Counted from the stretch's first letter, positions 1 to 13,944 are shown. The stretch is DNA of 64,000 bases from Squalus acanthias (GCA_030390025.1 CM059432.1:150290001-150354000); one strand, 5' to 3'. Notes: a model not told the origin generated them from the sequence alone. Numbers and translations are program-made.

Positions 1-1707
1 ATAAGATCATGGCTGATCTGATCCTAACCTCAAATCTAAAGAACACAAGAAGTAGGAGCAGGACCCGGCCACTCAGCCCCTGGGCCCGCTCCGCCACCCA
101 CAGGGCCTTGACCGATCCGAACTCAGCCTCATGCCCAATTTCCTGCCCGCTCCCCGTAACCCCTAATTCCCTTTACTTCTAGGAAACTGTCTATTTCTGT
201 TTTAAATTTAATTAATGATGTAGCTTCCACAGCTTCCTGGGGCAGCAAATTCCACAGACCTACTACCCTCTGATGAAGAAGTTTCTCCTCATTTCAGTTT
301 TGAAAGAGCAGCCCCTTATTCTAAGATTATGCCCCCTAGTTCTAGTTTCACCCATCCTTGGGAACATCCTTACCGCATCCACCCGATCAAGCCCCTTCAC
401 AATCTTATATGTTTCAATAAGATCGCCTCTCATTCTTCTGAACTCCAATGAGTAGAGTCCCAATCTACTCAACCTCTCCTCATATGTCCACCCCCTCATC
501 CCCGGGATTAACCGAGTGAACCTTCTTTGTACTGCCTCGAGAGCAAGTATGTCTTTTCTTAAGTATGGACACCAAAACTGTATGCAGTATTCCAGGTGCG
601 GTCTCACCAATACCTTATATAACTGCAGCAATACCTCCCTGTTTTTATAATCTATCCCCCTAGCAATAAAAGCCAACATTCTGTTGGCCTTCTTGATCAC
701 CTGCTGCACCTGCATACTAAGTTTTTGATTTTCTTGCACTAGGACCCCCAGATCCCTTTGTACTTCAGTACTTTCCAGTTTCTCGCCATTAAGATAATAA
801 CTTGCTCTCTGATTTTTCCTGCCAAAGTGCATAACCTCACATTTTCCAATATTGTATTGCATCTGCCAAATCTCCGCCCACTCACCCAGCCTGTCTATAT
901 CCCCTTGTCGGTTTTTTATGTCCTCCTCACTTTCTACTTTCCCTCCCATCTTTGTATCATCTGCAAACTTTGATATGTTACACTCGGTCCCCTCCTCCAA
1001 ATCGTTAATATAGATTGTAAAGAGTTGGGGACCCAGCACCGACCCCTGCGGAACACCACTGGCTACTGGTTGCCAGTCCGAGAAGGAACCATTTATCCCA
1101 ACTCTCTGCTTCCTGTTAGATAACCAATCCTCCACCCATGCCAGAATATTACCCCCAATCCAGTGATTTTTTATCTTGAGCAATAATCTTTTATGTGGCA
1201 CCTTGTCGAATGCCTTCTGGAAGTCTAAATACACTACGTCCACTGGTTCCCCTTTATCCACCCTGTACGTTATGTCCTCAAAGAACTCAAGCAAATTTGT
1301 CAGACATGACTTCCCCTTCATAAAGCCATGCTGACTTTGTCCTATTAAATTATGTTTATCTAAATGTTCTGTTACTGTCTCCTCAATAATAGACTCCAAA
1401 ATTTTACCCACCACAGATGTTAGGCTAACTGGTCTATAATTTCCAGCCTTCTGCCTACTATCCTTTTTAAATAAGGGTGTTACATTAGCAGTTTTCCAAT
1501 CTGCCAGGACCTTTGCTGAGTCCAGGGAATTTTGGAAAATTATTACCAAAGCATCCACAATCCCTACTGCCACTTCCCTCAAGACCCTAGGATGTAAGCC
1601 ATCAGGTCCAGGGGATTTATCCGCCTTGAGTCCCATTATTTTACTGAGTACCAATTCCTTAGAGATTTTAATCGTATTTAGCTCCTCCCCCCCTAGAGCC
1701 CCCTGTT
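1..1707 (-). mobile_element. CR1 LINE, 5'-truncated, with an uninterrupted RT-domain ORF (263-~1707); 3' end runs off the window
   Basis: ORF has [45 protein letters not shown] and RPHLEYC motifs of CR1 ORF2. Confidence 0.95.
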
Positions 1708-3540
1708 TGTAAATAAGAGAGGCAAAGAGACAGTACGAGCATAGATTGGTGGCTAACATAAAGGGGAATCCAAAAGGTCTTCTATAGGCATATTAACAGT
1801 AAAAGGGTTGTCAGAGGAGCGGTGAGGCCAATTAGGGACCAAAATGGAGAACTATTAGTGGAGGCAGAAGGCATGGCTGACATACTAAATGAGTATTTTG
1901 CATCGGTGTTTTCCAAGGAAGACGACTTTGCCAAAGCTATGGTAAACAAGGAGGTTGCTGGGATATTGGATGAGATAGGAATAGATAAAGAGGAAGTGCT
2001 AGACAGGCTGGTGGTAATTAAAGTGGATAAGTTACCCAGTCTGGATGGGATGTATCCTAGGTTGCTGAGGGAAGTAAGGGTAGAAATTGTGGAAGTGCTG
2101 GCCACAATCGTCCAATCCTCCTTAGATACAGGGGTGGTGCCAAAGGACTGGAGCATTGCAAATGTTACACCCTTGTTCAAAAAAGGGGAGAAGGATAAAC
2201 CTGGCAATTACAGGCCAGTCAGTTTAACGTCGGTGGTGGGGAAGCTTTTAGAAACAATAATCCGGGACAAAATTAACAGCCACTTGGACAAGCATGGACT
2301 AATAAAGGAGAGCCAGCACGGATTTGTTAAAGGGCAAATTGTGTTTGACTAACTTAATTGAGTTTTTTGATGAGGTAAGAGAGAGAGTGAATGAGGGCAG
2401 TGCAGTTGATGTTGTGTATATGGACTTTCAAAAGGCGTTTGATAAAGTACCACATATTAGGCTTGTTGGAAGTGTAATAAACAGTGAGGAAGATAGTAAT
2501 AGACTTCAAGAAGATATAGACAGGCTGGTGGAATAGGCGGACACATGGCAGATGAAATTAAACGCAGAAAATTGTGAGGTGATACATTTTGGTAGGACGA
2601 ATGAGGAGAGATCATAGACACTAAATGGTACAATTTTAAAGGGGTGCAAGAACCTGGGGGTGCTTTTGCACAAATCTCTGAAGGTGAGAGGACAGGTTAA
2701 CAAAGCAGTTAATAAAGCACGTGGGATCCTGGGCTTTATAAAGAGAGTGGTCATGATGCGGAGATGCCGGTGTTGGACTGGGGTGGACAAAATTGAGAGG
2801 TCGCACAACACCAGGTTATAGTCCAACAGTTTTATTTGATAGCTCTGAAAGCTTGTGATTTCAAATAAAACTGTTGGACTATAACCTGGTGTTGTGCGAC
2901 CTCTCAATTTTATAAAGAGAGGCAGAGAGTACAAAAGCCAGGAAGGTATACTAAATCTGTATAAAACACTGGTTCAGTCCCAGCTGGAGTACTGTGTCCA
3001 ATTCTGGGCACCGCACTTTAGGAAGGACGTGAAGGCTTTGGAGAGGGTACTGAAGAGATTTACTAGAATGGTTCCTGGGATGAGGGATTACAGTTACGTG
3101 GATAGACTAGAGAAGCTGGGGTTGTTCTCCTTGGAGCAGAGTAGGCTAAGAGGAGAATTGATAGAGGTGTTTAAAATCATGAAGGATTTAGATAGAGTGA
3201 ATAAAGAGAAACTGTTTCCAATGGCTGAAAGGTCGATAACGAGAGGTCACAGATTTAAGATGATTGGCAAAAGGATCAGAGGCAACAGAAGGAAAAACTT
3301 TTTTTTACGCAATGAGTGGTTAGGATTTGGAATGCGCTGCCTGATAGGGTGGTGGATACAGATTCAATAGTAGCCTTCAAAAGGGAATTGGATAAATACT
3401 TGAAGGAGAAAAAATTGCAGGGATATGGGGAAAGAGCGGGGGAGTGAGACTAACTGAATTACTTTTCAAAAGAGCTGGCGCAGACTCAATGGACCGAATG
3501 GACTCCTTCTGTGCTGTACTATTGTATGATTCTAAGATGC
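1708..3540 (+). mobile_element. CR1 LINE, 5'-truncated, frameshifted and internally deleted
   Basis: ORF2 fragments 1822-2352, 2324-2536 and 2894-3370; jumps from KVPH.RL directly to SEEDSNRLQ; CR1-type 3' tail near 3500-3540. Confidence 0.92.
2748..2908. mobile_element. Fold-back Penelope-like terminal fragment inserted in a CR1
   Basis: Perfect 51-bp inverted repeat 2789-2839/2861-2911; flanking direct repeat TTTATAAAGAGAG at 2735-2747 and 2909-2921. Family assignment is from recalled shark Penelope termini. Confidence 0.7.
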
Positions 3541-3664
3541 TCAGGGGTAACTTGAGGCAAGGCTGGGAGTGGAGCAGTCGGATGGGAAATGGGGTGCAGG
3601 AAGAGAAGCAAAGCAGTCAGGTGAGCAATGTAATATTCACTGGCCACAATCTTGCAATTCTCCA

Positions 3665-4343
3665 CAGGTATGGGAGCAGTGCCAGAGGACTAGAGGATTG
3701 CAAATGTTACACCCCTGTTTAAAAAAGGGGAGAGGGATAAACCCGGAAACTACAGGCCAGCCAGCCTATCGTCAATGGTAGGGAAACTGTTAGAGATAAT
3801 TATCCGAGACAAAATGAATTGTCACTTGGGAAAATATGGGTTAATAAATGACAGCCAGCATGGATTTGTTAATGGTAAATCGTGTTTGACTAACTTGATT
3901 GAGTTCTTTGATGAAGTAACAGAGAGGGTTGATGAGGGTAGAACGATTGATGTGTATATGGACTTTGAAAAGGCGTTTGATAAAGTACCACATAATGGGC
4001 TTGTTAGCAAAATTGAAGCCTGTGGGATTAAAGGGGCAGTGGTAACGTGGATATGAAATTGGCAAAGGGACAGAAAGCAGGGCGTAGTGGTAAATGGTTG
4101 TTTTTCAGACTGGAGGGAAGTATACAATGGGTGTGCCCTAGGGGTCAGTATTAGGACCACTGCTCTTTTTGATATATATTAATGACCTGGACTTGGGTAT
4201 ACAGGGCATAATTTCAAAGTTTGCAAATGACATGAAACTCAGAAATGTAGTAAGCAGTGAGCAGGACTAATTGGATAGCTCTTTCAAAGTGCCTGCACAG
4301 GCACGATGGCCTCCTTCTGTGCTGAATCATTCTATGATTCTAC
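3665..4343 (+). mobile_element. CR1 RT fragment with internal deletion joined to a 3' tail
   Basis: ORF 3775-4056 has QHGF...KSCLTNLIEFF...KAFDKVPH; tail TTCTATGATTCTA near 4330-4343. Confidence 0.88.
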
Positions 4344-4832
4344 TGTCGGTTCACAGAACACAACGTTTTATTTTAAATTGGAAGAGTGAGTTTGTAAATC
4401 TGTGCTCTTTGAATCGCTGTGAGGTTCCAAAGATGCTTACTTCTAAAAGAAGCTGGAGTCTGAAGAGTGGATGTTATCAATCAGGCTTGGCGAGATATAA
4501 TAAAACAAAGCTTTTAATCAATATATCTTTTGCAGTATAAAACAGAACAGTATTTGAACAAAAAGTACTCCATCAGAATAAAAATATGGCATCTTATTCT
4601 TCCCTCTCCTGCATGTCTCCTTCAATACTCAGTGTTAATGGAATTTAATATCTATGTGTACCTCCAGTTAATAAAATTCACTTAAAAACTACAACTATTT
4701 AAGCATTATCTAAAAACTGTAGTAAATTACATGAGTTTCCATGAGCAGTTAATAAAATAAACATCTAAAATAAAATAAACCTCATCTAAAATGCTTCTGT
4801 TTAAAGCAACTGATATAAATGTGATCACTTAC

Positions 4833-4892
4833 TTGTTATCACTGATAAAATCTATTAGTTCCTGTTCCATTTTTAATAGCATCATTCTGTCT
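4833..4892 (-). CDS. ARPP21: ARPP21-like coding exon 6, start of R3H domain (DRMMLLKMEQELIDFISDN)
   Basis: ttttacag|AGACAG...ATAACAA|gtaagt, 60 nt, phase 2/2. In frame with the preceding exon; the gene continues past the window start. Confidence 0.95.
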
Positions 4893-5687
4893 CTGTAAAA
4901 TGAAAAACATTAAGTCAATATAAATATAAACATGAAATGAATACTTTCCCCTACTTTGATTTCAGTTGTTCTGCACACCCCAACACATCATTCCCCAACC
5001 AACAGGATGAGCAGGCTACTTGCTCGTAGGTCTCTGCCAATGAAGTCCTTGAACTGACTGCTATAAGTCTGACTCATCCTCAGATTATCACCACCTTCCA
5101 CTAGTTACTGGCTAACACTGAGAACTCAGTGCTCGGGAAAATCGAGAGTGAGCGCCCACCTCTCAACACAGAGGGATCAGTACTATACTATCTCAGGCTA
5201 CCTTTATTGAATCTATCTTAATGTGAATTTTCATACCTGACTAGGTTGTTTAAAACTGCTCCATTTTGCTTAAACAAATCCAGTGCCAGTAAGAGGCAGC
5301 ATTCAACCAAAACTATGCGTGTTCATTGGGTCATACGAATTGCTCTTCAATACTTAATGTTTTAGTCTTTTCTTGGACAATCTGTCTTTCCAAGAACAAA
5401 AGATGTCAAAATGATGAACAGGCAAATTCCTTACAGAAGTTGAGTTATCAACTGAAGATAATAGTATCCATCATGACTATATTAAGTTTTTTTTAAATAA
5501 ATTTCAATTTTTAAAGTCACTTTTTTTGAACCTATTATCTTCCCAATTTCCCCCACATATATATATAGTCATCCTTCAGCTAGGGCAGCAAAGAGGACTG
5601 GCCTGGGTAATTCTCCATACTCTGGACTGACTCACAAAAAGGTTGCTTTGTAGGGTCAGATTGGTCTTCCAGATTCTCCCCCTTCTC

Positions 5688-7780
5688 AACAATAACAACT
5701 TGTATTTATATAGCGCCTTTAACATAGTAAAACGTCCCAAGGCGCTTCCACAAGAGTGTTATCAAACAAAATTTGACAATGAGCCACATAAGGAGATATC
5801 ATGTCAGATGACCTAAATCTTGGTCAAAGTGGTAGGTTTTAAGGAGCGTCTTAAAGGAGGAGAGAGAGGTAGAGAGGTGGAGAGGTTTAGGGAATTCCAG
5901 AGCTTAGGGCCTAGGCAGCTGAAGGTAAGTCCGCCAATGGTGGAGTGATTAAAATCGGGGATGCACAAGAGGCTAAAGCTGTGGAGTGCAGAGATCTCGA
6001 AGGCTTATAGGGCTGGAGGAGGTTACAGAGATAGGCATGGGTGAGGCAATGGAGGAATTTGAAAACAAGGATGAGAATTTAAAAAAAGAGGCGTTGCCAG
6101 ATCAGGAGCCAATGTAGATCAATGAGCACAAGGGTGATAGGTGAACGGGACTTGGTGCGAGTTAGGACACGGGAGCAGAGTTTTGGATGAGCTCCAGTTT
6201 ATGTAGGGTGGAAGATGGAAGGCCGGGCTGGAGAGCATTGGAATAGTCAAGACTAGAGGTAACAAAGGCATGGATGAGGGCTTCCGAAGCAGATGAGCTG
6301 AGGCAGGGTTGGAGTCGGGCGATGTTACAGAGGTGGAAGCAGATGAGCTGAGGCAGGGTTGGAGTCGGGCGATGTTACAGAGGTGGAAGTTAGCAGTCTT
6401 GATGATGAAGTGGATAGATGGTCGGAAACTCATGTTGGTGTCATATTGCGAACGGTCTGGTTTAGCCTCAGTCAATAGCCAGGGAGAGGGATGGAGATGA
6501 TGGCTAGGGAATGAAGTTTGTGGCATGACCAAAGACAATGCTTCGGTCTTCCCAATATTCAGTTGGAGGAGAGTTCTGCTCATCCAGTACTGGATGCCAA
6601 ACAAACAGCGCGACAAATCAGAGGCAGTGGAGGGGTCGAGAGAGGTGATAGTGAGGTAGAGCTGAGTGTCGTCAGCGTACATGTAGAATCTGACATTGTG
6701 TTTATGGATGATGTCGCCGAGGGGCAGCATGTAGATCAGAAATAGGAGGACGACAAGGATAGATCCTTGGGGTACTCCAGAGGCAACGGTGAGGGAGTGG
6801 GAAGAGAAGCCATTGCAGGTGATTCTCTGTCTACGACTGGATAGATAAGAATGGAACCAGGTGAGGATAGTCCCACAAATCTGGACGACGGAGGATAGGC
6901 GTTGGAGGAGGATGGTGTGGTCAACTGTGTCAAAGGCTGCTGACAGGTCGAGAAGTACGAGGAGGGATAGTTTACCATGGTCACAGTCACACAGGATGTC
7001 ATTTGTGTCTTTGATGAGAGGCGTTTTGGTACTGTGGTGGAGACGGAAACCTGACTGGAGGGATTCAAACATGGAATTGTGGGAAAGTTGGGCATGGATT
7101 TGGGAGGCGACAACACGTTCAAGCACTTTGGAGAGGAAAGGGAGGTTGGAGATCAGGCAGCAGTTTGCAAGGACAGAGGAGTCAAGGGTGGGTTTTTTGA
7201 GAGGGATGAGGATGTCAGATTTGAAGGGGGGGGGGGGACAGTACATCAGGAAAGGGAACCTTTAACATCAGCTAACATGGGGGCCAGGAAGGAAAGTTGG
7301 GTTGTCAGTAGTCAGGTGGGTTAGGGTCTAGGGAGCAGGAGGTGGGTCTCATGGACAAGATGAGCTCGGAGAGGGCATGATGGGAGATAGGAGACAAACT
7401 GGAGAAAGATGCGAGCTCAGGGCTAAGGCAGGGGAGATCCTTAGGGGAACTTTGTCCGGTGTGCTAGGGGAAGGGAGGGAAGCAGCAGAGAGCGCTGAAT
7501 GGTTGGTCTCAACCTTTGTGAAAAGAAGTCCACGAGCTCCTCACACTTGTTGTTGGAGATGAGGGTGGAAGAGGCAGGGAAGGGGGATTTAAGAAGATGG
7601 TTTGTAGTGGAGAAGAGAAGCTGGGGGTAATCATTGCATTCCAGGATGATCCTGAAACAGTGAACAGTTTTGGTTGAGGAGAACAGCACCCGGTAGTGGT
7701 TTATGTTGTCCAGCCAGATCTGGCGATGAATGGTTAAGCCAGTTGTCTGCCATACACGTCCAAGTCTGCGTCCCCTAGAC
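5688..7780 (-). mobile_element. L2 LINE, 5'-truncated
   Basis: ORF 6119-7246 has QSGFR, LLDLSAAFDTVDH, GVPQGSIL and YADDTQLY motifs typical of L2 RT; 3' end GGCGCTATATAAATACAAGTTGTT on the minus strand. Confidence 0.92.
6286..6389. repeat. Perfect 50-bp tandem duplication inside the L2
   Basis: GAAGCAGATGAGCTGAGGCAGGGTTGGAGTCGGGCGATGTTACAGAGGTG occurs at 6286 and 6336. Confidence 0.9.
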
Positions 7781-8668
7781 TATCCCGAAAGCCATGCAAG
7801 CATTCCAATAGAGAGTGAAGTATAGCACTCAGCAACAAATGCACACAAAAAGTTGCATATTTTGAATGGCAGTCAGAGGGGAAACATTCATCAGAATGTG
7901 ACTATTTAATGACATTCTGGAGCTTTAAGTATAGAGGTGATTGTAGAGCTGCCTGAAATGATCATATCTCAATTGTTTTGAGGTCCACTGACAGCTCTCA
8001 TTGGGAAAGAACCTTACTTCTTTTGTGTGGGCTACATTCAAACTCAGGTTGCAGAACTAAAGTCACTGATGATGACAATGCTTCTTTTAAGTTGACCTTT
8101 TCTAATTGTGTAGTCATTTCTTTCCAGGAGGAGGGTGGGAGCGATCACAGTAATTTGTATATTTAAGTTATGTATAGAAACATTAAAATTTTATCATTGA
8201 TGTCACAATCATATAAAGTTACGCAACTCACAATAACAGAAGCAATAATGTCACGAGAAAACTATTAATTGGAAATTATGAATAAGGAAGTTACTGGACT
8301 ACATAATATTCAAAAGTATAATACTGTTCAAATCTGTTGATTCGCCAGCAAATAGTTCCTTTATCCCTTTCCCTCCTGGTTTGTGGTTGTGTATTTTCCC
8401 TTAATCTTTGTCCTTCTTGTTTTCTGACAGTTTATTTGCCAAAAGATGGGTATACACCCAAAATATTAACCTTTCTTTTCTCCTTACATTTGCTAATGGA
8501 CCTGCTATATATTTCCAGTATTTTGTATTTTTATGGCAGATTCTTTTGTTGGAATTCAATTTTTGTTACAACCGATGCTGCATTTAACCAACAATGATGC
8601 CAAATTTTGGCAGTTAAAAATTAAACAGCATTTTGTCTTAATTTTCTCAATACTAAACAACACACATT

Positions 8669-9413
8669 GGCCTCCATATTCACTGGGGCGTGGTTTCGGA
8701 GTGGGGGGAGGGAGCAGGAGTTATGGTCGGGAAACCCAGAAGGGCGGGTTTCCCCTAACGCCATGGAATTGTAACTCCATAGCGTGCGTTTTTTTTTTCA
8801 ACAGATTTCCTACCCGGGCTTGGAAGTTCTCCAGGAAAAGGCCGCAGTCGAGGATCAGGCAAGTTTCGTGTTTGTTGGGGGTACAGATCCCAGGGGCACT
8901 GGAGGTGTCGGGGAGGACCGTGGGGGGATTGGCGGAGATCACAGGGGAGTCAGGGGTCAGTGATGGGGGTGTGCCGAGGGGAGATCGTGGAGATTGGGGG
9001 GGGGGGGGGGGGGGCGGGGCGGGGTGTTAACAGGGTTAGATTCTGGGCCGGGGGGAAACACTCCTGCTCCTCCTGGCCCATTAGCAGTACTGTAAAGACA
9101 CTCACCTGATGGATCTGACCCTTCTCACCTCCTTTTAACTGCCGGGTTTCCCGAGGCGCGGGAAACCTGGCCAACATGGGTTAAAAATAGAAATCCTGTA
9201 AAAGTGGAAGCATGCAGCCTCCTTAAAAGGTTTCAATGACTGACCCACCTCCTGAGAATGGATTGATCGCCCCACCCCTCGTCCCTCCTCCATTGAAACT
9301 GGAAGTGGGCAGGTTCGAAGTGAGTTGGGTTCCCGTTTCAGATTTTGAACATTTTATCCTCCCACCCGAACCAAACCCACCGCCCCCCTCTTTGGGGGTT
9401 AAAATTACCCCCA
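8669..9413. mobile_element. GC-rich non-autonomous DNA transposon, probably a Harbinger-type MITE
   Basis: Sharp GC-rich island in AT-rich intron. The right end GTTAAAATTACCCCC matches the MITE end at ~25365-25376; the left TIR is degenerate. Confidence 0.55.
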
Positions 9414-9607
9414 TTATTCTAGTTCCATAATACACCTAAACGCAAGTTAAACCTGCTGTTTCATCTCTGATCTTTTTAATAGGAGAGATATTTTGGTAAT
9501 TCGTAATACAGTTTGACGGTGCAAAGTTTTAGAATATAGAATACTTAAATACTCTAAAAAAAAATGTTTAGTGGATACAGTTATCCTTTTAAACATGGAG
9601 GTACCTA

Positions 9608-9721
<114 letters not shown>

Positions 9722-10035
9722 TCATTATACTTTTAATCTAGTTTTCCAATTCATAAATTAAATGTTGGTTTGATGTGGACCATTGAGTTGGAGATGGTGA
9801 ACTTCACAACTCATCCCTAAGTTGGTAAAACAGAGGTGAAGGATCATGACTCAGACTAAACCCTAAAGCAGCACGCATTCGTTTGGAATCAGTTCTGAAC
9901 CAATTCACTCAGAAACATCTTAAGCAATTCAGATTGGTATGGATGCTAGGCTAAGGGGAAGCAAAGACTTTAAAACATAAGCAATTAACTAAATGGAGCA
10001 GCACATTTATGTGCATATCCTATGGAAGTTACAAT

Positions 10036-10783
10036 GGCCCAGAAATTGCTGGAGTGGTGCATCTCGCGGCGAGTGCCATGAATTTGATTTTTACCTCTCC
10101 CTTTGCGCTGCAAATTGCTGAAATTGTGAATTAATAATGGCGCGGTGATGTCAACCGGGCATCTGGAACCTGCTGAACGACTGAGCCAATGGTCTACCTC
10201 ACAGACCGATAAAATTTAAGTATAGAGAAAGAAACAGAGTGAACGACAATAGGAAAGAGTGAATTAGAGTCAAATTAGATACAGAAAAAGAAATTGAGGG
10301 AAAGAAAGAGAGTTGTTTAAGAGAGAAAGAAAAAAGAGACAGAAAGGAAAAGTAAAAAAAAAAAATTAAAATTTTAGAAACCTCTAGGAACAATTTATTA
10401 CCAGCGGGAGTGAGACTCCACAGTTTCATTGTTCCCTTTCTGGGTCTCCAAGGTTGAGGGTCATGTCAGGACCATAAATCATGTAATTAATGGGGTCCTT
10501 GCGACATGAATTTCCAGCCGTAAATGGCTGCGGCGAGATTAATTTGTATTTACAGCGCAAATCCAGCAATTTTGTGCCTCTCAATGAATGTCAATGGGGG
10601 GGTTGATGGCAAGTTCCCGTTTTTGCGAGGCTAACGATGAAGCGGCAAAAATCGTCCAACAATTTGTGGCGATTCGCAACTCGTGGCGTTTCTCTTCCTC
10701 GCCACAAATTGCTGGGTTTTTTTACGCACTAATAATGGCAGCTGCCGTGAACTTGCCATTATTTTTCCAGCAATTTTTGTTCC
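10036..10783. mobile_element. Harbinger-type MITE
   Basis: Imperfect TIRs GGCCCAGAAATTGCTGGA / TCCAGCAATTTTTGTTCC; 3-bp flanks AAT/AAC. Confidence 0.65.
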
Positions 10784-11833
10784 AACATCGCCTTGTTGTG
10801 AAGTCATTTCCCTTGCTACTGTATTCCCTGCATCTTAAGACTGTGGGTTTAACACAAGACAACCCAGATCAGAGGCATTGTGGACGCTTGATCACAGTAA
10901 AATGTATTAACCTGTCCTTTGTTTAGATTGACTCCCATTGAACTGGTGCCGTGCTTGTAAATGCTGCAGCACACAAAATTATTTGCAACATTCAGGTTTA
11001 ATAAGAGGTGTCATTATCCGTGTAAATTCAGTCATTAAGCTCTCCTGTATGCTCCTTCACATTATAAGAGCTGTCTTGATGAACTTCATTAATCTGGGAA
11101 GAAATACACAAGGCTCTCCTTCACCAAAGAAAAAAACTCAATAAGCACACCCATAATCCAGAAAAAGTACAGGATTTTAGAAATTTAAAATCACAGTATT
11201 AAAAAGATGAATTGTCTCTATAAAACAGTTTTACTGAGTCATTCATTGTACAGCATTGGAGCTCCATGGAATTGCAGGATACGGGTTTGCACCCCCAATC
11301 CTCCATACACCAAGTGGCTGATGCTTGCCGTACTGTTTTGGAGAGATACCGTGCAGAGACCTGGTGCTTCTCTGCAGCGAGGAAGGCGACAGAAAACATT
11401 AATGAAAGGAAGGCGCACCAGGGCCACACTTACCCAGTTCCTCACAGCCGATCTCATAATGACATTAGCAAAGGGCGTCCTTTGGCCGAGAATATTGTGG
11501 GCCCAGGAAGGGGAATTGAAGATGATGCCTTACCAACAAGGGAGTGTTACAAAAAAGAGTTTGAAGTGATGGGACATTACAGCAAGTCAATGTCAAACCC
11601 GTTTAGAAGTATTTTAAAATTATAGGAAAAAATATCAATTTAAAAAGGTTTATAAAATATGTAATCTATAAATCCTACAACAGTTCAGATAAAAGTATTA
11701 CACAGTATATTTACCTCCCCAAAAATAAATACCAGAAGCAAGGAGATGACAAGAAATGTTTTGGATTATAAGCACACTTTCACTGAGAGTCCAATTCCAT
11801 CATCATTCAACTCTCAGAAAAGGAAGAAACTAT

Positions 11834-12038
11834 GGGGAGATTTTACGAATTCAGACACTGAATTTTGTGTGATCGGAGTGCATATCGGCAATTTAGATGC
11901 TAAAGTCAGCACACCATGCATGTTTTTCTACCTGTTTGGACGGAAAAATCATGCCAACTTCAATGCCCGAATTCCTGATACGCACTCATGCTGTGTGAAG
12001 CTCTCTGTGTGGGTACATTAATTCATAAATTCTGCCCC
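11834..12038. mobile_element. Short MITE (Harbinger-like ends)
   Basis: TIRs GGGGAGATTTTACGAATT / AATTCATAAATTCTGCCCC. Confidence 0.6.
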
Positions 12039-12389
12039 ATAGTATAGAAGAGACAGACACTGTTACTTAGCAAAACACAATATTTTAATACTACCAGCAC
12101 TCAGAATATTATATTCAGCCACATTATTTATGTTCTCAAGCATCACAAAAAAAGCAGGCAATATGCTCAAAGGATTCATCAACAATATTGATTATTGTTT
12201 ATTGTTAGGCGTTTCTACAATGAATTTCACAGAGCACTATAAATATCCAGCAAGTGCACTTTGTCAAGCTGCTGCTGAGAAACTGTTGTTAAAATAACAG
12301 ATTAGCAATTTCTGAGAGGAAAGCATCAGCTTAATGCACTGAATCTGTGCAAACCAAAGCAGCATCACATGAAAAGATTCATACAGAGC

Positions 12390-12700
12390 ACTGGCACTTC
12401 TCAGCCCTACAGCCTGTGAGTGCCCTACTTTGATACTCTACAATCCTGTTCGAACTTCCACCCCCCCGCCTTTTGGGCAGTCTTCAGTTGCCTTGCGATA
12501 CTCTGGAACTCCCTCCTCTAAACCCCTCTGCCTTGACAACTTCCTTCGCACCTTCAAAAGCTTCCTCAAAAACTATCCCTTTGACTGTGCTTTTGGTCAC
12601 CTCCCCTAACTCTCCTATTAATGCTCAGTGTCTATTTCTCCTCTGTAAATGCATTGGGAGTTTACCATATAAAAGGCACTGTGTAAGTGCAAGCTTTTTT
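12390..12700 (+). mobile_element. Decayed L2 3' fragment
   Basis: CTCTGGAACTCCCTCCTCTAAACCCCTC...TTTTGGTCACCT...AAAGGCACTGTGTAAGTGCAAG resembles the reverse complement of 5690-5900. Confidence 0.6.
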
Positions 12701-13944
12701 ATGTCTGTTTAGATGTAATATTTTGCTGTAGTGATATTAAAAAGTGGCTGTTTCGGTTATTAATAGGGTAATTGTGGTAGTAGCACACTGAATACTTGGT
12801 TAAGTCTCACTTTTTTATACAGGCAGGTTGTTTATGTTCTTTATTGTAGGGAAGAGGAGAGAGAGCTTATATGATCCACAAGCATTCTCCATCCCTCAGA
12901 TTTTGTGGATAAAAATTACAAGGATTTCATGATTATACAAATGTCTTTTTAAGTATGGAAGCAAACCTTCCTCTACAGATAGCAGAGATAAGAACTGGTA
13001 AGGTTCTTCCTTACTGGTTACTATTACCATACCTTTATTGTTTCATTGAAATCAGGAAGGTTTATGGCATTTGAAATGGTCATTAATGGGGTGCCTACTA
13101 CTAGTCAAATTCTAGTCAAAGTAACAGTCAAATTTCTCTTAAAAAATCCATTTAAAGGAGTACTCGGAGGAAGCTTCAGAATTTTATTTGAGAGTGTAAA
13201 TATAACCAGTTTTTGGTTCTGATGTAAATTCTTAACTTCACCGTTAGAAACGTTTGATTAAAATAGGGGCTATTTCCCAGATAGCTGTTCCGCATATCCC
13301 AATTGGTGATGCCACTTTTATCTACCAACACCAATTCTGAACTGTTCTGGCATTTCATCATGACAAAGGATCGAGAACAAAGAATATTTTGACCAGGAAA
13401 ATCCCGTAATATAATTAACCAGATGGATGATATAGTACAGTTTAACTCTGCTCTGATCTTCAAAACTATTTTTGATTCTTTATTACAATGAAATCTAATT
13501 TTAAGAACTAGATTATCTAGTGGCATTCCAGTTACACTTTTCGTCAAATTAAAATGGAAGGCACTGATCACAATCTCCACCACACATTGTAGAAGAAGCA
13601 AACATGTGAATTTAAAAGAAAGAAAAGTGCAACTTAGGGGTTTACACCAAAAAGTTATATTCATTGTGCATAGGCTCACAATTGTTATGACAAATTTCAA
13701 CTGCCAAAGTACTGTATTGGCCTGTTGTTTTAAAAAAATATATATTTTAGTTTAAAATTATTCTAATTATTCATAGCAGGAAAAAAAATTTATTCCGGAT
13801 TTTTATATCAATATAATAAAGTCTGCAGTGTTTGCTGAAAGTTGTACATAAGAAAAGTTGAGGACAAAAGAGCAATGAACCCAAAGTTCGTCCCTCTTTT
13901 CCATCTTTGGATCCAACGATACTTTGAACATGCCTAACGTTTAT

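Noticed and set aside
11199..11625. ORF cluster and minus-strand donor TGG|gtaagt at 11431/11430
   Set aside because: No recognisable protein. The frame compatible with the next ARPP21 exon has a stop a few codons upstream. A non-coding exon cannot be excluded.
13176..13700. 174-aa minus-strand ORF (likewise 54697-55242 and the antisense ORFs over LINEs)
   Set aside because: No recognisable motifs or splice context; consistent with chance or antisense open frames.
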